Assembly: GCA_004284765.1 (NCBI GenBank)
Contig: NQJD01000018.1
Span: 1-32,000, forward strand
Length of the DNA: 32,000 nt
From: Candidatus Electronema aureum
GTDB lineage: Bacteria > Desulfobacterota > Desulfobulbia > Desulfobulbales > Desulfobulbaceae
Reading direction: 5' to 3'
Position numbers and translations under genes: made by a program. Positions 11,993-19,862 of this stretch are shown one piece after another. The notes under the pieces are model-generated. The model searched no databases, was not told the DNA's origin, and worked only from the letters and a program-made list of their open reading frames with translations. Numbering within the stretch: the first letter of the stretch is position 1; every line of letters begins with the position of its first letter.

Positions 11993-12040
11993 TTTGTTGC
12001 TTGCAAAGTTCATGCCTAAGTTGCATCTTTTAAAAATTAC

Positions 12041-12156
12041 TAGGAGTTACGCAGTTGAAATGAGAAGCTCAACCATTACAGCAAGTTGTCTTTTTGTTGT
12101 ATAAATCGCCAGTTGAATCAAATCAACGGGTTGGCAATCGAACTGCGTAACTCCTA
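12041..12156. mobile_element. MITE copy 2 (116 bp including flanking TA)
   Basis: Same 16-nt TIRs and length as copy 1, TA-flanked. The internal sequence has diverged by roughly 15-20% by eye. Confidence 0.8.
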
Positions 12157-12317
12157 AATTACTTTAAATCACGGCAAGCTTACCAATGGTTGCGTTGCTT
12201 GCTTCTTGTAGTTTTTTGCAAAAACGTGATTTCCCAAGGCGAAAGCTACATTAATGTGAACCATTCTTCGCAAAGAATGCAGAGAGCAAAATTTGACCGC
12301 CCGCGCTGCAATCCTGC

Positions 12318-12343
12318 TTGACGATTCCAGCAGCGTGTATAAT
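12318..12343 (+). promoter_or_regulatory. candidate sigma70-type promoter for htrA
   Basis: Perfect tataat at 12338..12343 and ttgacg at 12318..12323, but the spacing is only 14 nt. An alternative -35 is tgcttg at 17 nt. It is followed by the leader hairpin aggaaag-n6-ctttcct. Confidence 0.3.
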
Positions 12344-12424
12344 GTAGAGTTGGCCGCAGGTCAGGAAAGGGAAGGCTTTCCTCCCTGCATATTTCACAAG
12401 CCTTCAACTCGTGGAGCTGCAAAC

Positions 12425-13903
12425 ATGATCTTCAAAAAGTACACGTTGACGCGACTGCAAATTATAGCCGCCGGTTTCATCTCCTGTTGCTTTATCTCGT
12501 TGTCCGTACTGCCCGTAGCCGCGCAGCAGGATGATATTCTCGCGCTGGAGCGTTCCGGTAAGGCGTTCACTTCAGTAGTGAAAAAGGCGGGGCCTGCGGT
12601 GGTCTATATCAGCGTAGAGAAAACCGTCAAAGGCGGCAAGCAGTTAGAAGACCTCTTCGGCGGCGACCCGCTCCTAAAGCGTTTCTTTGGCGAGCAGTTT
12701 GAGCAGTACCAGCGGCAGCAGCCACGTCGTCAGGCACCCCGACAGGAAGGCGCAGGTTCAGGCTTCATTATTGCTGAGGACGGTTTGATTCTGACTAACA
12801 ATCATGTGGTCGAAGATGCAGACAGTATCAAAGTCAAATTGGCGGACAAACGCGAATTTACTGCTACTGTAGTTGGCACTGATCCTCAGTCTGATGTTGC
12901 CTTGATCAAAATTGATGCAAAAAATCTACCTACGTTGCCGCTGGGTGACTCCAACGCGCTGGAGGTGGGCGAATGGGTGATCGCTATCGGCAGCCCCTTT
13001 GAACTGAGTCAGAGCGTGACTGTAGGTGTAGTTTCCGCTAAAGGTCGCAACCGAATTGGAATCAACGACTATGAGAACTTCATCCAAACTGATGCAGCTA
13101 TCAATCCTGGCAATTCCGGCGGGCCGCTGCTGAATATCAAAGGCCAAGCGATTGGCATCAACACCGCGATTTTTTCGCGTACCGGAGGCAGCATGGGCAT
13201 CGGCTTCGCCATCCCAATCAACATGGCCAAATCGATTGAGGAGCAGCTGCGTAGCAACGGTAAGGTTGTTCGAGGTTGGCTCGGCTTGATTATTCAGGAC
13301 ATGGATGATGGGCTAGCACAGTCATTCGGTGTGAGCAAAACTGAGGGTGTCCTTGTTTCTGAGGTTACTCCCGGTTCTCCAGCGGAAAAGGCTGGATTCA
13401 AGCAAGGCGATGTAGTTTTTGCGTTAAACGGCGCACCCCTAACTGACGTAAGCGACCTGCGCAACCGGATTGCAATGACCGCACCGGGTACGTCCGTCAC
13501 CTTAGACATTATGCGTGATGGAGACCGCCAGCAGATGAGTGTCTTGATCGCCGAGCAGCCTTCTGATTTCAGTGAAAGCGCAAAAATAAAGCTAAAGATG
13601 CAAAGCGGCTCTCTTTTAGACAAGCTGGGCCTGACCTTGCAGGATTTAACTTCTGATTTGGCTGCCCAGTTTGGCTACAGCAGCGGTCAAGGCGTGATTG
13701 TCACCGAAGTTGAGGCAGGGAGTCCGGCTGAAAGCGTGGGTATTGAGCCAGGCCAGCTGATTGAGGAGGCAAACCAAGTGCGGGTACACAGCTTGACTGA
13801 ATTGAAGGAAGCTCTGAAAAAAGGAAAGAATCCCAAACAGGTGCTACTACGGGTACGAACAGGCGAGTACAGTAAGTATGTAGCCCTCAAGTATGGTATG
13901 TAG
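12425..13903 (+). CDS. htrA: periplasmic serine endoprotease, HtrA/DegP/DegQ family with two PDZ domains
   Basis: Signal peptide MIFKKYTLTRLQIIAAGFISCCFISLSVLPVAAQQ from ATG 12425, with ggag upstream. Catalytic motifs TNNHVV and GNSGGPL are present, followed by two PDZ-like repeats. Confidence 0.9.
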   Translation: MIFKKYTLTRLQIIAAGFISCCFISLSVLPVAAQQDDILALERSGKAFTSVVKKAGPAVVYISVEKTVKGGKQLEDLFGGDPLLKRFFGEQFEQYQRQQPRRQAPRQEGAGSGFIIAEDGLILTNNHVVEDADSIKVKLADKREFTATVVGTDPQSDVALIKIDAKNLPTLPLGDSNALEVGEWVIAIGSPFELSQSVTVGVVSAKGRNRIGINDYENFIQTDAAINPGNSGGPLLNIKGQAIGINTAIFSRTGGSMGIGFAIPINMAKSIEEQLRSNGKVVRGWLGLIIQDMDDGLAQSFGVSKTEGVLVSEVTPGSPAEKAGFKQGDVVFALNGAPLTDVSDLRNRIAMTAPGTSVTLDIMRDGDRQQMSVLIAEQPSDFSESAKIKLKMQSGSLLDKLGLTLQDLTSDLAAQFGYSSGQGVIVTEVEAGSPAESVGIEPGQLIEEANQVRVHSLTELKEALKKGKNPKQVLLRVRTGEYSKYVALKYGM

Positions 13904-13915
13904 CCCTCAAGTATG
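13876..13915. repeat. 20-bp perfect tandem duplication spanning the htrA stop
   Basis: gtatgtagccctcaagtatg occurs at 13876..13895 and again at 13896..13915. Confidence 0.9.
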
Positions 13916-14049
13916 AAAAGTAGAGACTGAGTCTGGCTTTTTCTCTTTTTTTCCGCCGATATCGGTTGCGTGACTGATGTCGGCGGAATGGTTTAACGCC
14001 GCACAGTCCACAGCTCAACACGGAACAATAACAATCTAAGGAAAACCAC

Positions 14050-16170
14050 ATGGCCATTTCACCGGAAAAGCAGGCAGAAGGAAGAATTAAGAGCGTTGAC
14101 AATGCCATCACCCAGATTCACCGGCAGTTCGGTAAAGGTTCCATCATGCGCCTTGGCGCACATGAGCGGCAGAATATCCCGGTCATCTCCACCGGTGTTT
14201 TGGGAATTGATCTTGCTTTGGGCGTTGGTGGCCTGCCGCGTGGTCGGGTGACGGAAATCTACGGCCCGGAATCCTCCGGTAAAACCACATTGGCCTTGCA
14301 CGTCATCGCCGAAGCCCAGCGGATGGGTGGTAATGCCGCCTTTGTTGATGCCGAACACGCTTTAGACACCGCTTATGCTGAGAAATTAGGTGTCGATGTC
14401 GATAATTTGCTGGTCTCCCAACCTGATTTCGGCGAGCAGGCTTTGGAGATTTGCGAAATCCTGATGCGCAGCGGCGGGTTGGATGTCATTGTCGTCGATT
14501 CAGTAGCGGCTTTAGTGCCGAAAGCAGAAATCGACGGCAGTGTGGGCGACATGCACGTCGGCCTGCAAGCTCGGCTGATGTCACAGGCCATGCGCAAGTT
14601 CACAAGCGTCCTCCAACGAACCAACACAGTGTTGATTTTCATCAATCAAATCAGGATGAAAATAGGAGTAATGTTTGGCTGTTTCCACTATGATGCACGG
14701 GTGGTGCTTGCTGACGGAACCTCTGAAAAAATCGGCAAAATTGTCAATCAGAAGATGCCGCTTGAAGTCATGTCGTACAATGTGACGACGGGTGAGTTTG
14801 AACCTCGCCCAATTATTAACTGGTTTAATAACGGTCCAACTGAAACATTTCTCCAATTTACTGTGGATGCAAACAGCGGTAATGGGCATCATGCCTTTGG
14901 TTGTACTCCGAATCATCTGCTCCTTTCAGAGTACGGCTATAGACCAGCGGGAGAACTGAAGGCTGGCGACCGACTGATGACGATGGTTGAATACTATCTC
15001 TCGCCAATCCAAGAGCAGGTGGTTCTCGGTTCAATCCTTGGTGACGGTAGCCTGCGGCAGATCAGCGATTACAACACCGCACTCCGTATCGGACATGGGC
15101 AGGCGCAAGATGCCTACTGTTTGTGGAAACAGTCATTGTTCGAGGGGCTGATTGGTTCCGAGACAACGAATATGCGCGGCGGTCACAGCTTCGACACCAT
15201 CCCGATGTATGAATTAACAAAGCTGAGAGTAGAGAATTATGACGAAAAGGGTAAAAATCCTTCGCAAACACTGATTGACCGCCTTACACCTTTAGCCATT
15301 GCCGTCTGGTATATGGATGACGGCACCTTTGATAGCGAGCGACAAAATCGCTGTTCAATTTCCTGCCCAGGATTTCCGCTGGAGAAGCAGCAGGTCTTAG
15401 TGCGCTGGTTTCATGAGCGCGGAATTATGGCTACCCTGACGGCGCGCGGTTCCATCAATTTCGGTGTTCAGGAGACACCCAAATTCCATGCGATGATCGC
15501 CCGCTACATCCATCCGTCAATGGAGTACAAGCTCCTGCCGACTCTACGCGGACAGTTTGTCCAAGTTGAGGCTGCTGCCCAGCGAACTCTGCAAGCCGTC
15601 CCTATGCCAATTCTCGACATCCACGAAAAGCCTGAGACCCGTGGCATGAACCGTTTCGACTTGGAAATCGACGGCAATCATTGCTATGTTGTCGATGGGG
15701 TGGTAGTTCACAATTCTCCAGAAACCACCACCGGCGGCAACGCGCTTAAGTTTTACAGCTCCATTCGTCTTGATATCCGGCGATTAGCCCAGATTAAGGA
15801 TGGACAAGAGGTGATTGGCAATCGGACCAAGATCAAGGTAGTCAAGAACAAGGTCGCTCCACCGTTCAAGGAGATTGAATTCGACATCATCTATGGTGAG
15901 GGCATTTCCCGCAGCGGCGACCTGCTTGATCTGGCAGTGGAGAAAAACATTATCGACAAAAGCGGTGCTTGGTACGCTTATCAGGATGAGCGTATCGGCC
16001 AGGGCCGTGAGAACAGCAAGAATTTCCTCAAGGAGCATCCTGAGATGCTGTTGGAAATCGACCAGAAAGTACGCCAGAGTTATGCCTTACCGACTGGAGC
16101 AGCGGCATCATCTGTAGAGTACGTCCCGGAAGATGAGTATCCAGAAGATTTGGACAACACAGCAGACTGA
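14050..16170 (+). CDS. recA: recombinase RecA precursor containing an intein
   Basis: The exteins (aa 1-210 and 556-706) are colinear with RecA: Walker [10 protein letters not shown], then ...[12 protein letters not shown] | [24 protein letters not shown] 345-aa insertion lies between them. Confidence 0.95.
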   Translation: MAISPEKQAEGRIKSVDNAITQIHRQFGKGSIMRLGAHERQNIPVISTGVLGIDLALGVGGLPRGRVTEIYGPESSGKTTLALHVIAEAQRMGGNAAFVDAEHALDTAYAEKLGVDVDNLLVSQPDFGEQALEICEILMRSGGLDVIVVDSVAALVPKAEIDGSVGDMHVGLQARLMSQAMRKFTSVLQRTNTVLIFINQIRMKIGVMFGCFHYDARVVLADGTSEKIGKIVNQKMPLEVMSYNVTTGEFEPRPIINWFNNGPTETFLQFTVDANSGNGHHAFGCTPNHLLLSEYGYRPAGELKAGDRLMTMVEYYLSPIQEQVVLGSILGDGSLRQISDYNTALRIGHGQAQDAYCLWKQSLFEGLIGSETTNMRGGHSFDTIPMYELTKLRVENYDEKGKNPSQTLIDRLTPLAIAVWYMDDGTFDSERQNRCSISCPGFPLEKQQVLVRWFHERGIMATLTARGSINFGVQETPKFHAMIARYIHPSMEYKLLPTLRGQFVQVEAAAQRTLQAVPMPILDIHEKPETRGMNRFDLEIDGNHCYVVDGVVVHNSPETTTGGNALKFYSSIRLDIRRLAQIKDGQEVIGNRTKIKVVKNKVAPPFKEIEFDIIYGEGISRSGDLLDLAVEKNIIDKSGAWYAYQDERIGQGRENSKNFLKEHPEMLLEIDQKVRQSYALPTGAAASSVEYVPEDEYPEDLDNTAD
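14680..15714 (+). mobile_element. RecA intein with LAGLIDADG homing-endonuclease domain (345 aa)
   Basis: It starts with Cys ([13 protein letters not shown]), has block B GCTPNH (TxxH), LAGLIDADG motifs [10 protein letters not shown] and [12 protein letters not shown], and ends VVHN followed by Ser +1. G+C is lower than in the exteins (27/60 in line 14761). Confidence 0.9.
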
Positions 16171-16179
16171 GCGCAAGCG

Positions 16180-16665
16180 ATGGAGCTGATTCTGATTGCA
16201 GCGGTGGCAGCGAATGGGGTCATCGGCAGCAACAATGCCGTTCCTTGGCAGATGCCGGGCGAGCAGATGCGCTTCAAGGAAACTACGTGGGGCCATTGCC
16301 TGCTCATGGGCCGGAGAACGTGGGATTCCATAGGCCGCGCTCTACCCGGACGACACAGCATCGTGGTGACACGAAATACTGCTTTCCAGCCTGATGATTG
16401 CGAGGTTGTCCATTCGCTGGCCGAGGGCATTAAAGCCGCCCGCAGCAGGCTGGAAACTAAGCTCTTCGTCATCGGCGGGGAACAGCTCTACGGCATGGCC
16501 TTGTCGCTGGCTGACACCTTGATTCTCACCCGGCTTGAGCAGGCGTTCGTTGGTGATGCTTTTTTCCCGCCCTTCTCTTCTCCACCGTTCCAGCTCATGA
16601 AGACAGAACAGATCAACGGGCCGATACCCTATCAAATAGAGACGTGGCGACGGCGCAGTGCTTGA
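16180..16665 (+). CDS. folA: dihydrofolate reductase
   Basis: 161 aa with LIAAVAANGVIGSNNAVPW...MGRRTWDSIG...VIGGEQLY, the canonical DHFR motifs. Confidence 0.9.
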   Translation: MELILIAAVAANGVIGSNNAVPWQMPGEQMRFKETTWGHCLLMGRRTWDSIGRALPGRHSIVVTRNTAFQPDDCEVVHSLAEGIKAARSRLETKLFVIGGEQLYGMALSLADTLILTRLEQAFVGDAFFPPFSSPPFQLMKTEQINGPIPYQIETWRRRSA

Positions 16666-16781
16666 CCGCTTCTTTTTTGCGCAAACACGTTGACAGCAAG
16701 CCACTCGGTGGGATATCACTCAGTAATTGTCCGCAAAATAGTTTGCTGGTCATTGCGTCATTCTAAAAAAGGAGAAAACAA

Positions 16782-17504
16782 ATGTGCGTCACCACCAAGA
16801 AGGTTGTTCTATTCAGCGTACTGTCCCTGTTTATCAACGCGGCAGTCTGCAACATGTCTGAAGCAGCTGGTAAACCTGAAGTAAAGGTGCCAGAGGCTAC
16901 CGCACCGCAAGGAAGCGGACAGGTTGAGCCGATTGCCGCAGCGGAGAAGAAGGTCGAAGTTACTGACGCATCTTTCCGCTGTCTTCATAAGATGACCAAA
17001 GTGGGCAACATGTATGTTGACAATCTGCTTGGTGATCTTGAAGGAACACTTGCTGTTGCCAAGTCTTCTGCTGGCGGAGTGTATCCTGCTGGCTCGGTTG
17101 TGCAACTCCTTCCCACCGAGGTTATGATCAAGCGGGAAAAAGGAGCTAATGATGAGACTAATGACTGGGAATTCTTTGTGTTAGAAGTTTCACCAGAAGG
17201 CAGCAAGATCAAACAGCGTGGCTTCAATCCACCAGTGAAGAATATGTTAGGAAGCTGTATTTCTTGTCATAAGCAGGTGGCACCGCAAGCGGACATGGTT
17301 TGCGCGGCAGGTCAAGGCTGCCCGCCCATCGTTTTTCCGGGTGGTATCGATAATGCAAAGCTGATCTCGGCCCTGCAAAAGACAGACAAACGCTGCCCTT
17401 CTCCTGAGCCGCCCACCCCAGAAGAGATGGCAGAGTTGATCAAGCTCAAGAAAATGCTTGAAGCGCAGGCAGCAGCAGCAGCAGCAGCCGCTGGTCAGCC
17501 ATAA
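16782..17504 (+). CDS. secreted c-type haem protein, cytochrome P460-like
   Basis: Strong SD aaggag. It has a signal peptide, a single CxxCH (GSCISCHK) preceded by NDWEFFVLEV...GSKIKQRG as in P460-family proteins, and a poly-Ala C-terminal tail. The family call is by recognition. Confidence 0.6.
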   Translation: MCVTTKKVVLFSVLSLFINAAVCNMSEAAGKPEVKVPEATAPQGSGQVEPIAAAEKKVEVTDASFRCLHKMTKVGNMYVDNLLGDLEGTLAVAKSSAGGVYPAGSVVQLLPTEVMIKREKGANDETNDWEFFVLEVSPEGSKIKQRGFNPPVKNMLGSCISCHKQVAPQADMVCAAGQGCPPIVFPGGIDNAKLISALQKTDKRCPSPEPPTPEEMAELIKLKKMLEAQAAAAAAAAGQP

Positions 17505-17596
17505 CCGTAACATCCAACGCAGGCGGAACGTAGCGTTTCGCCTGTGTTGCAGGCTCTTTCCCCGCCAGAACCCATTTCCCCCACCTATTTGTTAAT

Positions 17597-18262
17597 ATGC
17601 CCAGCAAGAGAATTGCTGTTATTCTGTCCGGCTGCGGTCATCGTGACGGCTCAGAAATCCACGAAGCCACGCTGACCCTTTGGGCCATTCACAAGCACAG
17701 AGCCGAGTATCAATGCTTTGCGCCGAATGTGCTGCAACATCATGTGCTGAACCATCTCACCGGCGAGGCAATGCCAGAGCAGCGCAACGTGCTGATCGAA
17801 TCCGCCCGCATCGCTCGCGGTAAGATCAAGGACTTAGCCTTGTTTGATGCCGCTGCCTTTGATGGCTTGGTTATTCCCGGTGGAGTTGGGGCAGCCAAGA
17901 ATCTCTGCACCTACGCCTTTGATGGCGCAAACTGCACGGTCAACCCAGACGTGGAGCAGGCGATCATCGCCATGCACAAGATAGGTAAGCCCATTGGTGC
18001 GCTTTGTATTGCCCCGGTTATTCTGGCTAAAGTCTTGGGCAAAGTAATTGTCACTGCTGGACAGGACGCAGCCACTGCAGCGGATATCAGCGCAATGGGC
18101 GGCTGTCATGCACCCACGTGGCAGGGAGAGATCATCGTTGATCGGGATAACAAGATCGTGACTGCGCCTTGCTATATGCTCGATTCTCGGCTTGATCAAA
18201 TCAGCATAGAGACTGACAAGGTAATCGAGGCATTGATAGGCTTGATGGAGCCGAGCGCATGA
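17597..18262 (+). CDS. elbB: DJ-1/PfpI-superfamily protein ElbB (glyoxalase / isoprenoid biosynthesis-associated)
   Basis: 221 aa with KRIAVILSGCGHRDGSEIHEATLTLWAI...GLVIPGGVGAAKNL...GALCIAP, typical of ElbB. Confidence 0.85.
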   Translation: MPSKRIAVILSGCGHRDGSEIHEATLTLWAIHKHRAEYQCFAPNVLQHHVLNHLTGEAMPEQRNVLIESARIARGKIKDLALFDAAAFDGLVIPGGVGAAKNLCTYAFDGANCTVNPDVEQAIIAMHKIGKPIGALCIAPVILAKVLGKVIVTAGQDAATAADISAMGGCHAPTWQGEIIVDRDNKIVTAPCYMLDSRLDQISIETDKVIEALIGLMEPSA

Positions 18263-18678
18263 AGAAGAGTCCCGCGCAGCTGTCCGATATCTTCACCTGT
18301 ACCCGCTGTGGTTATTGCTGCCAAGGCGAGACCACGGTTTCGCTTGACCAAGAAGATCAGGCGCGGATGATGGCGGAACTCGGCCTGAGCCGCGAGGAGA
18401 TGGAAGAACAATACTGGCGCGTGACTGAAGGCGTAGTGCAAATGCGAATCGTTGATCATCACTGCATTTTTTATACCGCAGAGAGCGGCTGCGCAGTGCA
18501 TGAAGGCCGTCCTTGGCGATGCGGGCAGTGGCCACTGCATCCCAGCATCTTGGCCGATGAAGACAACTTCCGCACCATCCGTGAATCCTGTCCTGGTATC
18601 AATCAAGAACTGAGCTGGGAGCAGTTCTGTGGGGTCTTCCGGCTGCTGCTGGAACAGGACAAGCGATTGCTCTGCTGA
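18259..18678 (+). CDS. YkgJ-family Cys-cluster (CxxCxxCC) protein
   Basis: FTCTRCGYCCQGE and the later HHCIF...GCAVHEGRPWRCGQWP. ATGA overlap with the elbB stop. Confidence 0.8.
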   Translation: MKKSPAQLSDIFTCTRCGYCCQGETTVSLDQEDQARMMAELGLSREEMEEQYWRVTEGVVQMRIVDHHCIFYTAESGCAVHEGRPWRCGQWPLHPSILADEDNFRTIRESCPGINQELSWEQFCGVFRLLLEQDKRLLC

Positions 18679-18705
18679 ACAAATGCAACTTCAACGAGAT
18701 TCTGC

Positions 18706-19566
18706 ATGGGACAAACTGTCATCCTTTTCCTCGCAGCCAACCCGGACGGCACAGTCTGTCTGCGTGTTGATCGGGAGATCAAAAAGATAGAGCAAGGTCT
18801 GCGTGTTGCCGAGCAGCGCGACTGCTTTGTCTTCAAGACCTGTCAGGCTGTGACTGTGCCTGATCTGCGCCGGGCCATGCAGCAGCACAGGCCGCAGATC
18901 GTCCATTTCAGCGGACACGGCGACGGTGCGGCAGGGTTGTGTTTTGAGAGCGGGCAGGGCAAAATCCAGTTCGTTCAAGACGAAGCTCTGGCAGCCTTTT
19001 TCAGCATGTTTTCCGCCGAGGTGCGCTGTGTTGTCCTCAATGCCTGCTATTCCGAGGTGCAGGCTGAAGCCATTGCCCGGCATGTTGATTATGTGATCGG
19101 CATGAGCGATTCCATTACCGATCAGGCGGCAATCGCCTTTTCTGTTGCCTTTTATGAAAGTCTTGGCAATAGTGAATCTATTGAATCCGCCTACAAATTC
19201 GCCTGCGCTGAAATAGCCCTTCTCGGCCTGAAAGAAGAGCATATTCCCAAGTTGATCCGCCGCCATGCGGCTGAGGAACGGAACATCGTGCAACCCTTTG
19301 TCAAAAGCGAGATTGAACATATCCAGCGGCTCGTTGCGGAAGACAAGCTCGAAAAAGCTCTGGCCGAATTTTTGATTTTCGCCGCATCAGCCGATGCAGA
19401 GATAAAGCAGGAGGTGATCGTGCATCAGGCGGCACTGGCCAAGGCAGGAAAAGAGCGGCGGAAAGGCTTGATGGATACTGACAAGGAAGAGCAGATGCGG
19501 AATAAGGTTCGTTATGCGCTGCTGGAACTGCTGAACGAACAGGCGGCGCGGCAGTTTGAAAATTAA
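18706..19566 (+). CDS. short CHAT/caspase-fold protease fused to a C-terminal helical adaptor-like module
   Basis: ILFLAANPDGTVCLRVDREIKKIEQGL...RPQIVHFSGHG (His71)...VRCVVLNACYS (Cys114)...AAIAFSVAFYESLG is the compact CHAT pattern. Residues ~206-278 are homologous to the next ORF. Confidence 0.8.
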   Translation: MGQTVILFLAANPDGTVCLRVDREIKKIEQGLRVAEQRDCFVFKTCQAVTVPDLRRAMQQHRPQIVHFSGHGDGAAGLCFESGQGKIQFVQDEALAAFFSMFSAEVRCVVLNACYSEVQAEAIARHVDYVIGMSDSITDQAAIAFSVAFYESLGNSESIESAYKFACAEIALLGLKEEHIPKLIRRHAAEERNIVQPFVKSEIEHIQRLVAEDKLEKALAEFLIFAASADAEIKQEVIVHQAALAKAGKERRKGLMDTDKEEQMRNKVRYALLELLNEQAARQFEN

Positions 19567-19583
19567 GCTGACAGTTTTCCCTT

Positions 19584-19862
19584 ATGCCTGCGGCAAATGA
19601 CATAAAAGAACGGCATTCAGAAGTGCAGATGCTGTTTGCTGAGGACAACATCAACGAAGCCGTCAAGCGGCTCATGGATTTTGTCCGTGATTTTTCGCAG
19701 GATAACAGTGACAACTTGAACGAGGTGATTGTCATCAGCAGCAGTTTTAGCCGATTAGAGAAGGCGGAACGACGTGGGACGCTCAGTTATGACGAGGTGG
19801 ATCAGAAACGAAATAAGCTGCTGTATCAGGCTCTCGATCTTATGGAGACTGTCATCGCATGA
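19584..19862 (+). CDS. stand-alone helical module (92 aa) homologous to the CHAT protein C-terminus
   Basis: My hand alignment of aa 14-89 to CHAT aa 206-278 gives 22 identities in 73 columns with one 3-residue gap. Shared strings are Q-L-AED, EVIV, R-G and Q-RNK--Y--L-L. The stop overlaps the next start (ATGA). Confidence 0.6.
   Translation: MPAANDIKERHSEVQMLFAEDNINEAVKRLMDFVRDFSQDNSDNLNEVIVISSSFSRLEKAERRGTLSYDEVDQKRNKLLYQALDLMETVIA

Noticed and set aside
11822-12013. 63-aa minus-strand ORF
   Set aside because: It lies entirely within MITE copy 1 and the IS630 tail fragment, so it is an artefact of repeat sequence.
12293-12424. Upstream extension of htrA (track start 12293)
   Set aside because: The extension has no signal peptide and contains a perfect tataat promoter element. 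ATG 12425 gives a canonical signal peptide and has ggag upstream.
13952-13987. Hairpin tccgccgatatc-n12-gatgtcggcgga between htrA and recA, as a terminator or SOS box
   Set aside because: The T run precedes rather than follows the stem, so it is not a canonical terminator on either strand. I could not match any LexA-box consensus I know.
16080-16472. 130-aa minus-strand ORF spanning the recA-folA junction
   Set aside because: It is antisense to two well-supported genes and has low-complexity composition.
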